This document shows, one piece after another, positions 14,515 to 24,075 of a DNA stretch of 37,672 nucleotides. This DNA is from a virus. The stretch's first letter is position 1. Every line of letters starts with the position of its first letter. The stretch lies in the IMG/VR virus record IMGVR_UViG_3300043015_000381, positions 1-37,672 of that record; one strand, 5' to 3'. Below the pieces are notes generated by a model. That model saw only the letters and a program-made list of their open reading frames with translations, was not told the origin of the DNA and ran no database searches. Position numbers and translations under genes: made by a program.

Positions 14515-17046
14515 ATGTCTACAAAGATCTTAATCAAACGCTCTTCTACTGCTGGTGTTGTTCCTACTATTGCTCAAGTAGATGTAGGCGAACTAGCCAT
14601 CAACACAGTAGACAAGCGTGTATTTACCAACAACTCAGGCACGATTGTAGAACTAGGAACTACTCCAACTACACAGGCAGTAACAGGCAACGCATCCGTA
14701 GGCGGCACATTTGATGTCGTAGGTGCAGTTACTGTCGGTAACTTTACAGCAGATGGCACTGTTGACCTCACAGCAGCTACAGTGACCATTCCAGCCCCTA
14801 CAGCAGATACTCATCCAGCAACTAAGAAGTACGTAGACGATGAAGTCAACGCTATCTTGGATGGTGCGCCAGCAGCTCTAAATACTCTTAATGAGATTGC
14901 TGCAGCGATTAACGATGATGCTAACCTCTACACAACTCTAACGAACTCTATTGCTACTAAGCTGTCATTAGCTGGTGGTACTATGACAGGCTCCATTGAC
15001 ATGGGCGCCAATAGCATCACTACGTCTGCAGATCCTGCTACAAGTAATACATTGACTCGTAAGAGCTATGTAGACGGTCTATATCAATCTACAGTGGACG
15101 CTGAAGTGTCTGCTGCGAATGCTCTCGCCTCTGAACAGGCTGCAGCGACCTCTGCAACTAATTCAGCTACATCAGCCTCTGCATCAGCTACATCAGCCTC
15201 TGCAGCCTCTACTAGCGCTACTAATGCAGCAAGCTCTGCTACGGCAGCGGCTAGCTCTGCTACGTCTTCAGCAAACAGTGCAACTGCATCGGCTACATCG
15301 GCTACACAGTCTGCAGCATCTGCTACACAGGCTCAGGCGTTGGTTGACTCTATTGAGTCGTTCTACCTAGGCGCTGAAGCTTCTGCACCAACTGTTGATG
15401 ACAACGGTGATCCTTTGCAGGCTGGTGATTGGTACTTCAATACTACTGACAATGCTACCTACATTTACAATGGTAGTTCTTGGCAGTCTGTATCGCCTGA
15501 TGTAGTGGCTGACTTGACTCCACAGCTCGGTGGCAACCTAGATACTAATGGCAATGACATCAACTTCGGTGACAACCAGAAAGCCATCTTCGGTGCTAGC
15601 AGTGATTTGCAGATTTACCATGATGGTAGTAACAGCGTTATACATGATGCCGGCACTGGAAATTTACTATTACGTGCAGGTAGTTACCGACTAAATAGCG
15701 CTGATAACTCAGACAACATGATACGTGCCGTAGATGGCGGCGCTGTAACTTTGTATAACGCAGGTGTAGCAAAACTAGCCACAACCTCCACAGGCATTGA
15801 CGTAACTGGCACAGCTACAATGGATGGGCTGACGGTTGATGCTGGCACAGCTAACACAGTAGCTACCTTTAGCAGTACCGACATAGGTGCTAACTTAACT
15901 TTGTCCGATAGTTTTCAAACAGGTCAGCTAAGTTCTACAGGGGCTGTATTTTCTATAGATGCAGACCCTAGTAACTTGTACGCCTCAACAAAACTACGCT
16001 TAAGTACCGATGGTACTAAACGTGTTGATATAGACAACAACGGAGACATCTCCTTCTACGAAGACACAGGGACAACTGCGAAGTTCTTCTGGGATGCGTC
16101 TGCTGAGTCTTTGGGGATTGGTACGAGTAGTCCTATTAGCACTCATGGTACGCAATTAACTGTATACGGAGCATCTAACGGTGGTTTATCTTTAGCTACA
16201 ACTACAAACGCATCTGCAATTTCTCAAAATGGCAACGATGTTTATTTTGATATTAGTAGGGATGGCTCCGCAGGTAATTTAATATTTAGACGCAGTTCTT
16301 CTTTCAATGAAAGTATGCGCCTTGATGCCTCAGGCAACTTGCTTGTGGGTAAGACTGATACAGGAGCAGGTACAGCAGGGCATCGCTTTAGTCCTTTAGG
16401 CAAGATACAGTCAACACTATCTTCTGATACGCACCTCCTAAACCGACTTGTTTCTGACGGTAGTATTTTATCTTTCGCCAAAGACGGTGCACCCGTGGGG
16501 AGTATTGGTGTTAAAACAGGCTCATCACCTTACCTTACAATAGGTAACGCTGATACTGGTTTCCTATTTAACGGGAACGATAATACTGTTGAGCCTTGGA
16601 ACGTCTCTACTAACTCAGGTTCAGATGGCTCTATAAACTTAGGTGCATCAACAGCCCGCTTCAAAGACCTCTACCTATCAGGCGGTGTCTACTTAGGTGG
16701 CACAGGGGCTGCTAATCACTTAGATAACTATGAGACTGGTACGTTTACGCCTACGGTAGGTGGGACTTGGACTACAAGCCCGACATCACTGTCTGGGTAT
16801 TACGTAAAAACAGGGAAGTCAGTGTTCATTCACATACAATTTACTGGCGGTGCGAAAGCATCTTCTTCAGCTGGATGGCTAGCTGGATTGCCTTTTGTTA
16901 TGACGGAAAATGGTACTGGATCAGTAGTTGACTCTAATGTTACCGCATTCGGCTCATGTTTGCTTGCTAACTCAGATAGATGTTGGCTCACAAGCAATTC
17001 GTTTAGTGCAACTAACTATCTTACTGGAACATATGTGACCTCATAA
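14515..17046 (+). CDS. Tail fibre protein
   Basis: N-terminus ILIKRSSTAGVVPT...GELAINTVD. Also ATKKYVDDEV and LAGGTMTG fibre motifs, plus a Ser/Ala/Thr heptad-like repeat region. 843 aa. Confidence 0.8.
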   Translation: MSTKILIKRSSTAGVVPTIAQVDVGELAINTVDKRVFTNNSGTIVELGTTPTTQAVTGNASVGGTFDVVGAVTVGNFTADGTVDLTAATVTIPAPTADTHPATKKYVDDEVNAILDGAPAALNTLNEIAAAINDDANLYTTLTNSIATKLSLAGGTMTGSIDMGANSITTSADPATSNTLTRKSYVDGLYQSTVDAEVSAANALASEQAAATSATNSATSASASATSASAASTSATNAASSATAAASSATSSANSATASATSATQSAASATQAQALVDSIESFYLGAEASAPTVDDNGDPLQAGDWYFNTTDNATYIYNGSSWQSVSPDVVADLTPQLGGNLDTNGNDINFGDNQKAIFGASSDLQIYHDGSNSVIHDAGTGNLLLRAGSYRLNSADNSDNMIRAVDGGAVTLYNAGVAKLATTSTGIDVTGTATMDGLTVDAGTANTVATFSSTDIGANLTLSDSFQTGQLSSTGAVFSIDADPSNLYASTKLRLSTDGTKRVDIDNNGDISFYEDTGTTAKFFWDASAESLGIGTSSPISTHGTQLTVYGASNGGLSLATTTNASAISQNGNDVYFDISRDGSAGNLIFRRSSSFNESMRLDASGNLLVGKTDTGAGTAGHRFSPLGKIQSTLSSDTHLLNRLVSDGSILSFAKDGAPVGSIGVKTGSSPYLTIGNADTGFLFNGNDNTVEPWNVSTNSGSDGSINLGASTARFKDLYLSGGVYLGGTGAANHLDNYETGTFTPTVGGTWTTSPTSLSGYYVKTGKSVFIHIQFTGGAKASSSAGWLAGLPFVMTENGTGSVVDSNVTAFGSCLLANSDRCWLTSNSFSATNYLTGTYVTS

Positions 17047-17125
17047 TGAAAACCTGCACTAAATGTAAAACAACCTAAACCATATGCCCACTGGATTGTG
17101 GGCACAGACCAAAAGGAAATACACA

Positions 17126-17383
17126 ATGTTAGAGAAGAAAACAGTATGCGACAAAGTGGAAGTAGTGAATATGGACACTATCCCTATGCTGCAATGTCGT
17201 GAAGCTACTTGGGTAGAAGAAGATGGTGTAATGATTGGTGGTAAGCAGTATCACCGACACGTAATCAGTCCTTCTGACGATGTAAGTAACGAGCCAGCAG
17301 AAGTACAAGCCTTTGCAGCTGCACTGTTCACTGATGAAGTGAAAGCAGCTTATGCGGCTAAACAAGCTCAGGAGACTATCTAA
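17126..17383 (+). CDS. Hypothetical protein, 85 aa
   Basis: The internal ATG has an AAGGAAA RBS, whereas the ORF-track start at 17084 has none. Confidence 0.5.
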   Translation: MLEKKTVCDKVEVVNMDTIPMLQCREATWVEEDGVMIGGKQYHRHVISPSDDVSNEPAEVQAFAAALFTDEVKAAYAAKQAQETI

Positions 17384-17640
17384 TGGACAGTATCACGCTA
17401 AGCTGTACGTCTGAAAATCCTATCGCAGTACTTGATCTTAAACCTAACTACTCTGTTACGTTTCACAATGAAGGTAAGCAAGTAGGTGCGTTAGACTTCA
17501 ACGGTGATGTTATGAAGTTTGAAGGGGAGGCTGAAGAGTCAGCTAAAGCGTTTTTTGATTGGCTTTCAGGTATGTTTGATAAGCGTATTAAAGATGCGTA
17601 TGCAGAAGGCTATGAAGCCGCTAAGAAGGAGACTAACTAA
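17383..17640 (+). CDS. Hypothetical protein, 85 aa
   Basis: TAATG overlap with the previous gene. Confidence 0.55.
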   Translation: MDSITLSCTSENPIAVLDLKPNYSVTFHNEGKQVGALDFNGDVMKFEGEAEESAKAFFDWLSGMFDKRIKDAYAEGYEAAKKETN

Positions 17641-17933
17641 TGACTACTTACACTTGGACTATCGCTAACCTCGAGCGTAAACCAGATGACTACATCACTA
17701 TCGTACACTGGCGCTGCGAAGGCTCTGACGAAACCAACACTGCATCAGCCTACGGCACCATCAGCTTCAACCAAGAAGAAGGTGAAGAGATTGTACCGTT
17801 TGATCAGATCACTGAAGAGATGGTATGGGGCTGGGTAGATGAGAAGATGGATCGTGCAGAAGTAGAAGCCAATGTGCAGAAGCAACTGGATGAGCTGTCT
17901 AACCCACCAATGATCTCAGGTCTGCCGTGGTAA
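17640..17933 (+). CDS. Hypothetical conserved phage protein, 97 aa
   Basis: TAATG overlap with the previous gene. The protein ends in LPW. Confidence 0.55.
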   Translation: MTTYTWTIANLERKPDDYITIVHWRCEGSDETNTASAYGTISFNQEEGEEIVPFDQITEEMVWGWVDEKMDRAEVEANVQKQLDELSNPPMISGLPW

Positions 17934-17943
17934 GGAGTAGCTC

Positions 17944-18210
17944 GTGGATGAGTCACGCTTTGACAGGCTAGAACAGAAGATTGATAAACTAACTGATGCT
18001 GTTACTAAGATTGTACGTGTTGAAGAACAGATGGCAAGTAACAATCGTAGACTAGATGCGATTGAAACCCGTCTGAACAAACACTCAGAAGATATAAACA
18101 AGGTCGCTGAGTTAGCACGTAATAATGAACGTACTGCTAAAGTTGCTGACAAGTTATTCTGGTTGGTAGCAGCTAGTATAATCAGTACAGCATTTTATTT
18201 TTTGAGGTAA
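17944..18210 (+). CDS. Tail-anchored coiled-coil membrane protein with XhlA-like architecture; putative lysis-associated protein
   Basis: GTG start 6 nt after AAGGAG. Heptad-like N-terminal region and a single C-terminal TM segment (LFWLVAASIISTAFYFL). Confidence 0.45.
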   Translation: MDESRFDRLEQKIDKLTDAVTKIVRVEEQMASNNRRLDAIETRLNKHSEDINKVAELARNNERTAKVADKLFWLVAASIISTAFYFLR

Positions 18211-18215
18211 TTACT

Positions 18216-18395
18216 ATGTGGGTCTTAATTGGAATACTACTGACTCAAGAGGCTATATATGCGCAGCCTGTGAGTCCTCACGTGACTCTGGAAGACTGTT
18301 TTGAGGCTAGAGAAGTAGCCATGCAAGACCTCCCACAGCCTAAGATTAACTATGAGTTCGTATGTGTACGCACTGACTTGATTGAAGGAGTCTAA
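18216..18395 (+). CDS. 59-aa protein with a hydrophobic N-terminus (signal or anchor) and two Cys (below the ORF-track cutoff)
   Basis: Own translation: MWVLIGILLTQEAIYAQPVSPHVTLEDCFEAREVAMQDLPQPKINYEFVCVRTDLIEGV. GAGGT RBS. The stop lies 1 nt before the holin ATG. Confidence 0.4.
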   Translation: MWVLIGILLTQEAIYAQPVSPHVTLEDCFEAREVAMQDLPQPKINYEFVCVRTDLIEGV

Positions 18396-18396
18396 T

Positions 18397-18768
18397 ATGT
18401 GGAGTGTACTCGCAAAGATATTCGGTAGTGGTGATGTAATTAAATCAGGCATTGACTTGATTGACAACTTACACACTAGTACCGAAGAAGAAATACAGGC
18501 TAAGACTAAAGCCAAAACAGACCTGCTTAGCGCTTACGCTCCATTTAAGCTCGCTCAGCGGGTTATAGCTTTTAGCTTTACCTTTGTATACCTAATGTGC
18601 TTTAGCCTCGTGTTGGGCTTTACATTGGCTGAGATGGCCTCTGATGCTGATAAGGTCAAACAAGTGCTAGAAGACTTCCAAATAGGCTATGCAATGCTTA
18701 TCATTCTTACCTTCTACTTTGGTGGTGGAGCATTTGAAGGTATACTTAGTGCTAAAAAGCCTAAATAG
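18397..18768 (+). CDS. Putative holin
   Basis: The ATG at 18397 follows GGAG. Amphipathic N-terminus, then TM segments (VIAFSFTFVYLMCFSLVLGF and IGYAMLIILTFYFGGGAF). It resembles the 3-TM GTA-type holin family by pattern. Confidence 0.5.
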   Translation: MWSVLAKIFGSGDVIKSGIDLIDNLHTSTEEEIQAKTKAKTDLLSAYAPFKLAQRVIAFSFTFVYLMCFSLVLGFTLAEMASDADKVKQVLEDFQIGYAMLIILTFYFGGGAFEGILSAKKPK

Positions 18769-18771
18769 GTG

Positions 18772-18800
18772 TTGACTTTGCCTAAAAAGTATGCTATAAT
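18772..18800 (+). promoter_or_regulatory. Near-consensus sigma70 promoter with extended -10
   Basis: TTGACT, 17 nt spacer, TGcTATAAT, then ATT CTATATAG. Confidence 0.7.
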
Positions 18801-18821
18801 ATTCTATATAGAGACAACGAT

Positions 18822-19160
18822 ATGATTAAGAAGTCCTATGCACTTCCTCTAACAAACGTATATCAAACAGTATACTCAGTACCTAATGGTAAGAAAGCTG
18901 AGTGGGTCTTGATGTATGTAACTAATACTTCAGGATCTACATCAAACTTTAGTGTTCGTCTTTGGAGCGAAGAGTTACAAACATACCTAACAATGTTTGA
19001 TAGCTATTCATTATCTGCCAATGAGTTCTTTAAGATTGGTGGAGGCACTAATGACTTTGTTATGCTTAAGGAAGGCGATAAGATTGAAGCTCTAGATGGG
19101 GCTGGTATGACCTTTGTTGTCTCATTGATTGAGCATAATGATATTATACAAGGTGGTTAG
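18822..19160 (+). CDS. Hypothetical (probably structural) protein, 112 aa
   Basis: First ORF after the 18772 promoter. Confidence 0.55.
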   Translation: MIKKSYALPLTNVYQTVYSVPNGKKAEWVLMYVTNTSGSTSNFSVRLWSEELQTYLTMFDSYSLSANEFFKIGGGTNDFVMLKEGDKIEALDGAGMTFVVSLIEHNDIIQGG

Positions 19161-19196
19161 TGTGTTTAATTATTTTACGAAAAAGGATAACTAATA

Positions 19197-21692
19197 ATGA
19201 GTTTCTGGAGTAGTGTCGGCAGCTTCTTTTCAGGCGATAGTTCTTCGTCTAGTACTGTTTCTGACAGTGATTTCGATGCTGCTATAGCTCAAGATTTAGC
19301 TAACCGTAATAACAACGGCGGCGGCATCAGTTATGGTACTGGAGGATATATAGGCTCTGACAGCAGCTCTAGCTCTCCAGACCCTGTAGTGGCTGCACCA
19401 AAGGTCTATACAGCAAAAGATGGTACTAAGTACACAAACGTAGCAGATAGAGACGCACAGAACGCTAAGATAGCGGAAGCAGCTCGTCAAGAGCAAATTG
19501 CTGCTGATAAGGTACAAGCTAATACGTCTTTTAATGCTACTTACGATCAACTACTTAATCAGATTGTAGGCACTAAAGGTTACTACACTGCTGATGATGT
19601 AGCTGCAGCGTACAAACAAGCGCAAGAGTCTACCACTAATAATCAATATGTAACTGCCACTACTGCAGGTCTTTTGTCTTCAGGCGACCCTACCTTTGGT
19701 GGCGATATGTACAACCAAAACTGGCTTGATGATACTATTACGTCATTCCTTAAAGGGGCTGACTATGCCACACCTGAGGAGAAAGCATTACCTTCGGTGA
19801 CCCAGAGCGACATGGACGAATTCAAATGGTCTAATCTATTTGGATCTGTTGGAGGCATGTTCGATGAGGCCTTTACATCTTCGGGTGAGAAAGCTGCCAT
19901 TGAGATTGTAGACTCCCTAGCGGCTGCAGAAGGTGGTACAACAGCTAAAGGTGCTTCTAGCGCAGAGTTCTCTGTCATTGACGGTAAAGTCTATGTAGAT
20001 GCTCCGTATCAACGTGAAGGCGCTATAGACCCTAATGGGCTAGCTGTAGACTTTGGTGAGCAGTTTAGAATTAGTGAGTCTTCTCTTAACGCTCTATACA
20101 AGAATACTGACTTCTATGGTACAGGCATTAGAGCAGAAACAGCGTTTGCTGAGGACATGCTAAAAGCACAACAAGCAGCCTCTGCCAACAGTATTGACAT
20201 GCTCACTGGTGATCGTACTCTGACGATTAACCCTGAAGGACGTATCGTGGTTGGCGAAGGTGTTTCACTTGCAAACACTATTGCCTCTGGTATTGACACT
20301 GTAGTCAACAAAGGTATAAACTACGGTCTAGGCTATGCTGCTGGCGCTCTAATGTTCTCCCTGACGGGCGGTATTGCTCCTGCACTTTACACAGCGTTCG
20401 GTACTCGTCAAGTCCTAGATACTGCAGCGATGGTTGGCAACGGTATTGTAAACAACCAAGTATTCGTAGACGGCGATGGAACACAATGGGTAGACACCAC
20501 AATTGCTGGTGAGCGCTCAATGTACCGCTTGGACGAAATGTTTGAGAATGCTACTACCAACGCAGCCAATGCTGACACTAAGCTGGCCTCCGGTGACTTT
20601 GACATTGGCGAGTCACTTAACATAGGCATGGGCGGCAGTGCTGAAGTTGTAGCCACGAACCCGCAGGCGCAAGAAGCTACAGGCACTAAAAAGCTTAGCT
20701 GGTCAGACTATGGGTATGACTTAGACTTCTCTTTTGACGATCTAGTCAAGCAAACATTAGTAGGCGCTAATGCTTCTGCTGAAACTATTAAAGGTATTGA
20801 GTTTGCAACTCAGGTTGCTAACGGCACTAACGTAGCAGAAGCAGCTATAAACATCTACGGTGACAAGATTGTAGATGTGCTGCCTACTGAGCTTAATAAG
20901 CCCACAGAGGCTGCTATTCGTGTAGGCCTTGGTGAGAACAAGATTAAAGTCTTCGGAGATATTTACGGCGCTGATGTTGGCCTAGATAATCCTCTAGGTC
21001 AGGCTGGTCTAAGCTCTGCTATTACCTATGACCAGACAGGAGACGGTCAGCAGGCTATCACTGATGGTCTAGTTACATACGTTAAAAAAGGTGGTACATT
21101 CCCTGAGTTTGAAGTTCCTGACTTCCTACCAGATGATGTAGATACTGACTTTGATTTTGAGTGGCTAACAGGGATCACAGATAGTTTGCCTGATATGAAG
21201 CTAGGTGATTGGGTTACGGACTTTAAACTACCTACAGGTGTGTTTAATGGTGTAAACTTTGGAGACATAGCTGCTAACTTCCCAGACATCAAAATTCCTA
21301 GCATGAAAGAGCTAGGTATCGAGATAGGTAAGCTAGACTTCTCAGGGACAAGTTTTGCAGGGCTAGGTGATTATATTCCAAATATCAACATACCTAAGAT
21401 GATTGATCTTGGTATTAAGGTACCAGAAGTAGACTTTACAGGTGCTAACTTTGCAGACCTTGATATGAGCCTACCTGAGATACAAGACTTAGGGATTGAT
21501 TGGAAAGGTATCAATCTGGATGGCATTCCTTTACCAGAGCTATTATTGGCAGGAGGTGCGGATCAGGCTCAACAGGATGCCGAACAATTAGCTTACGAAG
21601 ACCCCTTTGCAGACACGACTGAGGAAGAAGATACGTTGCCTACTAAGACACCTCTATCTCAAGTACTTCTTAAAACTACTCCAGTGGCATAA
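19197..21692 (+). CDS. Large virion-associated protein, 831 aa, with C-terminal tandem repeats of about 30 aa
   Basis: AGGA RBS. Ser-rich N-terminus. Repeats of the form PDIKIPSMKELGIEIGKLDFSGTSFAGL and PNINIPKMIDLGIKVPEVDFTGANFADL. Confidence 0.6.
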   Translation: MSFWSSVGSFFSGDSSSSSTVSDSDFDAAIAQDLANRNNNGGGISYGTGGYIGSDSSSSSPDPVVAAPKVYTAKDGTKYTNVADRDAQNAKIAEAARQEQIAADKVQANTSFNATYDQLLNQIVGTKGYYTADDVAAAYKQAQESTTNNQYVTATTAGLLSSGDPTFGGDMYNQNWLDDTITSFLKGADYATPEEKALPSVTQSDMDEFKWSNLFGSVGGMFDEAFTSSGEKAAIEIVDSLAAAEGGTTAKGASSAEFSVIDGKVYVDAPYQREGAIDPNGLAVDFGEQFRISESSLNALYKNTDFYGTGIRAETAFAEDMLKAQQAASANSIDMLTGDRTLTINPEGRIVVGEGVSLANTIASGIDTVVNKGINYGLGYAAGALMFSLTGGIAPALYTAFGTRQVLDTAAMVGNGIVNNQVFVDGDGTQWVDTTIAGERSMYRLDEMFENATTNAANADTKLASGDFDIGESLNIGMGGSAEVVATNPQAQEATGTKKLSWSDYGYDLDFSFDDLVKQTLVGANASAETIKGIEFATQVANGTNVAEAAINIYGDKIVDVLPTELNKPTEAAIRVGLGENKIKVFGDIYGADVGLDNPLGQAGLSSAITYDQTGDGQQAITDGLVTYVKKGGTFPEFEVPDFLPDDVDTDFDFEWLTGITDSLPDMKLGDWVTDFKLPTGVFNGVNFGDIAANFPDIKIPSMKELGIEIGKLDFSGTSFAGLGDYIPNINIPKMIDLGIKVPEVDFTGANFADLDMSLPEIQDLGIDWKGINLDGIPLPELLLAGGADQAQQDAEQLAYEDPFADTTEEEDTLPTKTPLSQVLLKTTPVA

Positions 21693-21695
21693 GAT

Positions 21696-22346
21696 ATGAC
21701 ATACTTAGAACTAGTAAATGCAGTACTGCGTAAACTCCGTGAGGATGCAGCGCAGACTGTGAATGAAACAAACTACACAGCTCTTATAGGTGCTTTTGTA
21801 AATGACGCTAAGCGCCTTGTAGAGGATGCTTGGGACTGGTCAGCTCTACGTACCACTCAAGAGTTTCAAACAGTAGCAGGTACTGATACCTACTCCCTAG
21901 ATGGGTTTGGTACACGATCAGAGATCTTTCAAGTCTTCGATGAGACTAATCAGCACGTACTTGATAAGATCTCTATCCGTGAAGCACGTAGGCGTAATAT
22001 GCTAACTGCGGATCAGCAGGGCATTCTTACACACTATGCTATGGCAGGTACAAGCCCTACAGGAGACATTCAGATTAAAATGTTCCCTGTACCTAAAAAC
22101 AACGGAGACACTATCAGCGTCTACGGTATCAAGAGACTTGAAGATCTTGTCAATGATGCTGATGAGATTTTTGTAGCCACTAATGTTATTGTTGATTGGG
22201 CTCATGCGTATGCGTTGATTGAACGAGGTGAAACAGGTGGCCAGAGTGGTTCTGAGCAAGCATTGTTTGCCAAGAACAGTCTCAGTAATGCAATTGCATT
22301 GGATGCTCGTTACCATGACGAAGAACTTAACTGGACGGTAGTATAA
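21696..22346 (+). CDS. Putative head-tail adaptor / tail tubular A-like protein
   Basis: 216 aa. The call is based only on size and its position before a 499-aa protein, in T7-like order. Confidence 0.35.
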   Translation: MTYLELVNAVLRKLREDAAQTVNETNYTALIGAFVNDAKRLVEDAWDWSALRTTQEFQTVAGTDTYSLDGFGTRSEIFQVFDETNQHVLDKISIREARRRNMLTADQQGILTHYAMAGTSPTGDIQIKMFPVPKNNGDTISVYGIKRLEDLVNDADEIFVATNVIVDWAHAYALIERGETGGQSGSEQALFAKNSLSNAIALDARYHDEELNWTVV

Positions 22347-23845
22347 TGGCTAAGCCCCTACAGAGTATAGCAATACAGGCCCCAGGATTTTATGGACTGA
22401 ACTCAGAAGACTCGCCTACTGCACTGTCTGAACAGTTTGCATTAGAAGCTGATAACTGTGTCATAGACTCCTTTGGTCGTATAGGTGCTCGTAAGGGCTG
22501 GAGCTACCTGAATGAAGATACTGATAGCCAGATTGTAAGTATGGGTGAGTACATTGCCCATGACGGAACAAGTGAGGTAATGTCAACTACAGAGGGCAAG
22601 ATTTACAAAGGTAAGAATGCCCTCACTGATATTACTCCAGTAGGCTATATAGTCGGTACAGGTAACTACAGTCATGCGAGCTTTAATGACTATCATTTCA
22701 TGTTTGCTGGCGATAGTCTCCCACTTTATTATGATGGTACTACATGTGACCTAGTATCTAATCACGCTAACTACAGTGGAACAGTACCTCAAGGGGATAT
22801 TGTAGTAGCTGGTTTTGGTCGGTTATGGGTTACAGGTGTAGCAGCAAACAATGATGTAATCTATTGGTCAGACCTACTTAATGGTTTTGCTTGGGATACA
22901 GGCTCTAGCGGCTCTATAGACATCTCTAAGGTGTGGCCTAATGGTCAGGATGAGATTACAGGACTAGCTATTCATAATGGCTTCTTGATTATCTTTGGTA
23001 AACGACAGATCTTAGTATATCAAGGCGCTCAAGACCCTGCAACAATGTCTCTAGCGGATACCGTGATTGGCACAGGCTGTATAGCTCGTGACTCTATTCA
23101 AAGCACAGGTGGGGACATAATGTTCCTGTCAGATAGTGGCGTAGCCTCTTTTGGTCGTGTTATCCAGCAGAAGTCTCTACCTATCCTAGATATTACTAAG
23201 AACATTCGTACTGACTTTATGAATGACATTAGGGCTGAGACTGGTAATATTAAAACAGTATTCAGCCCTGAAGAAGCTTTTTACCTCATTAAACTTCCAA
23301 ACCTCAATGTAGCCTATTGCTTCGATACTCGTGCGCCTCTACAGGATGGCTCTTTGAGGACAACTAAATGGACAGGATATGCAGGTGCTTGTTTCCTTAG
23401 AGATGCTGGCGGTGAGCTGTTGGTAGGCATGGAAAGAGGTATAGGGCTATACAACGGATACAGTGACAATGGTGCTTTCTACCGTATGTCATACTTCACT
23501 AACTACATGGACTTTGGCGCTCCTAATAACCTTAAGATGCTAAAGAACCTGAAGATAACCGTAATAGGTGGTAGTGCAACAGACGTTACACTCAACTGGG
23601 GCTATGACTACAGCTACGCATACAAGAAACGTAAGTTTACTTTGTCTACACAGGTCATTGCAGAATACAACGTTGCAGAATACAATGAGGGTGAGTTTAA
23701 CGCTGGTGTGTTGGTAAACAGACCTAACGTGAACGCTTCAGGCGGTGGTGCGGTAATACAGCTAGGTATTGAAGCAGACATTGATGGCGCTCCAGTATCC
23801 ATTCAGCGCATGACAGCACAGGCAATCATAGGACGTACAATATGA
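22346..23845 (+). CDS. Putative tail tubular B / nozzle-like protein
   Basis: 499 aa, coupled by ATGA/TAATG overlaps on both sides. Positional inference only. Confidence 0.35.
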   Translation: MAKPLQSIAIQAPGFYGLNSEDSPTALSEQFALEADNCVIDSFGRIGARKGWSYLNEDTDSQIVSMGEYIAHDGTSEVMSTTEGKIYKGKNALTDITPVGYIVGTGNYSHASFNDYHFMFAGDSLPLYYDGTTCDLVSNHANYSGTVPQGDIVVAGFGRLWVTGVAANNDVIYWSDLLNGFAWDTGSSGSIDISKVWPNGQDEITGLAIHNGFLIIFGKRQILVYQGAQDPATMSLADTVIGTGCIARDSIQSTGGDIMFLSDSGVASFGRVIQQKSLPILDITKNIRTDFMNDIRAETGNIKTVFSPEEAFYLIKLPNLNVAYCFDTRAPLQDGSLRTTKWTGYAGACFLRDAGGELLVGMERGIGLYNGYSDNGAFYRMSYFTNYMDFGAPNNLKMLKNLKITVIGGSATDVTLNWGYDYSYAYKKRKFTLSTQVIAEYNVAEYNEGEFNAGVLVNRPNVNASGGGAVIQLGIEADIDGAPVSIQRMTAQAIIGRTI

Positions 23846-24075
23846 GTAATTATACAAAGACTACTAACTTTGCAGTTAAAGACACTCTACAGTCTGGCAA
23901 CCCTGCAAAGATTATCAAAGGCTCTGAGATTGACTCAGAATACACTAACATTCAGACTGCTGTTGCTACAAAGGCCGACATTGCTTCGCCAACCTTCACA
24001 GGTACAGTTACTATTCCAACCCTAAGCGTATCAGGTACAGCTACTATTGGTACTGTTGATGGAGGTACATTTTAA
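23842..24075 (+). CDS. Short fibre-like protein, 77 aa
   Basis: The motifs TNFAVKDTLQSGNPAKIIKGSEIDSEY...ASPTFTGTVT resemble the N-terminal module of many phage fibre proteins. Confidence 0.5.
   Translation: MSNYTKTTNFAVKDTLQSGNPAKIIKGSEIDSEYTNIQTAVATKADIASPTFTGTVTIPTLSVSGTATIGTVDGGTF

Noticed and set aside
14515-17046. Diversity-generating retroelement targeting the tail fibre
   Set aside because: No reverse transcriptase ORF exists in the genome, and I saw no template/variable repeat pair. The repeats in the fibre are simple in-frame tandem units.
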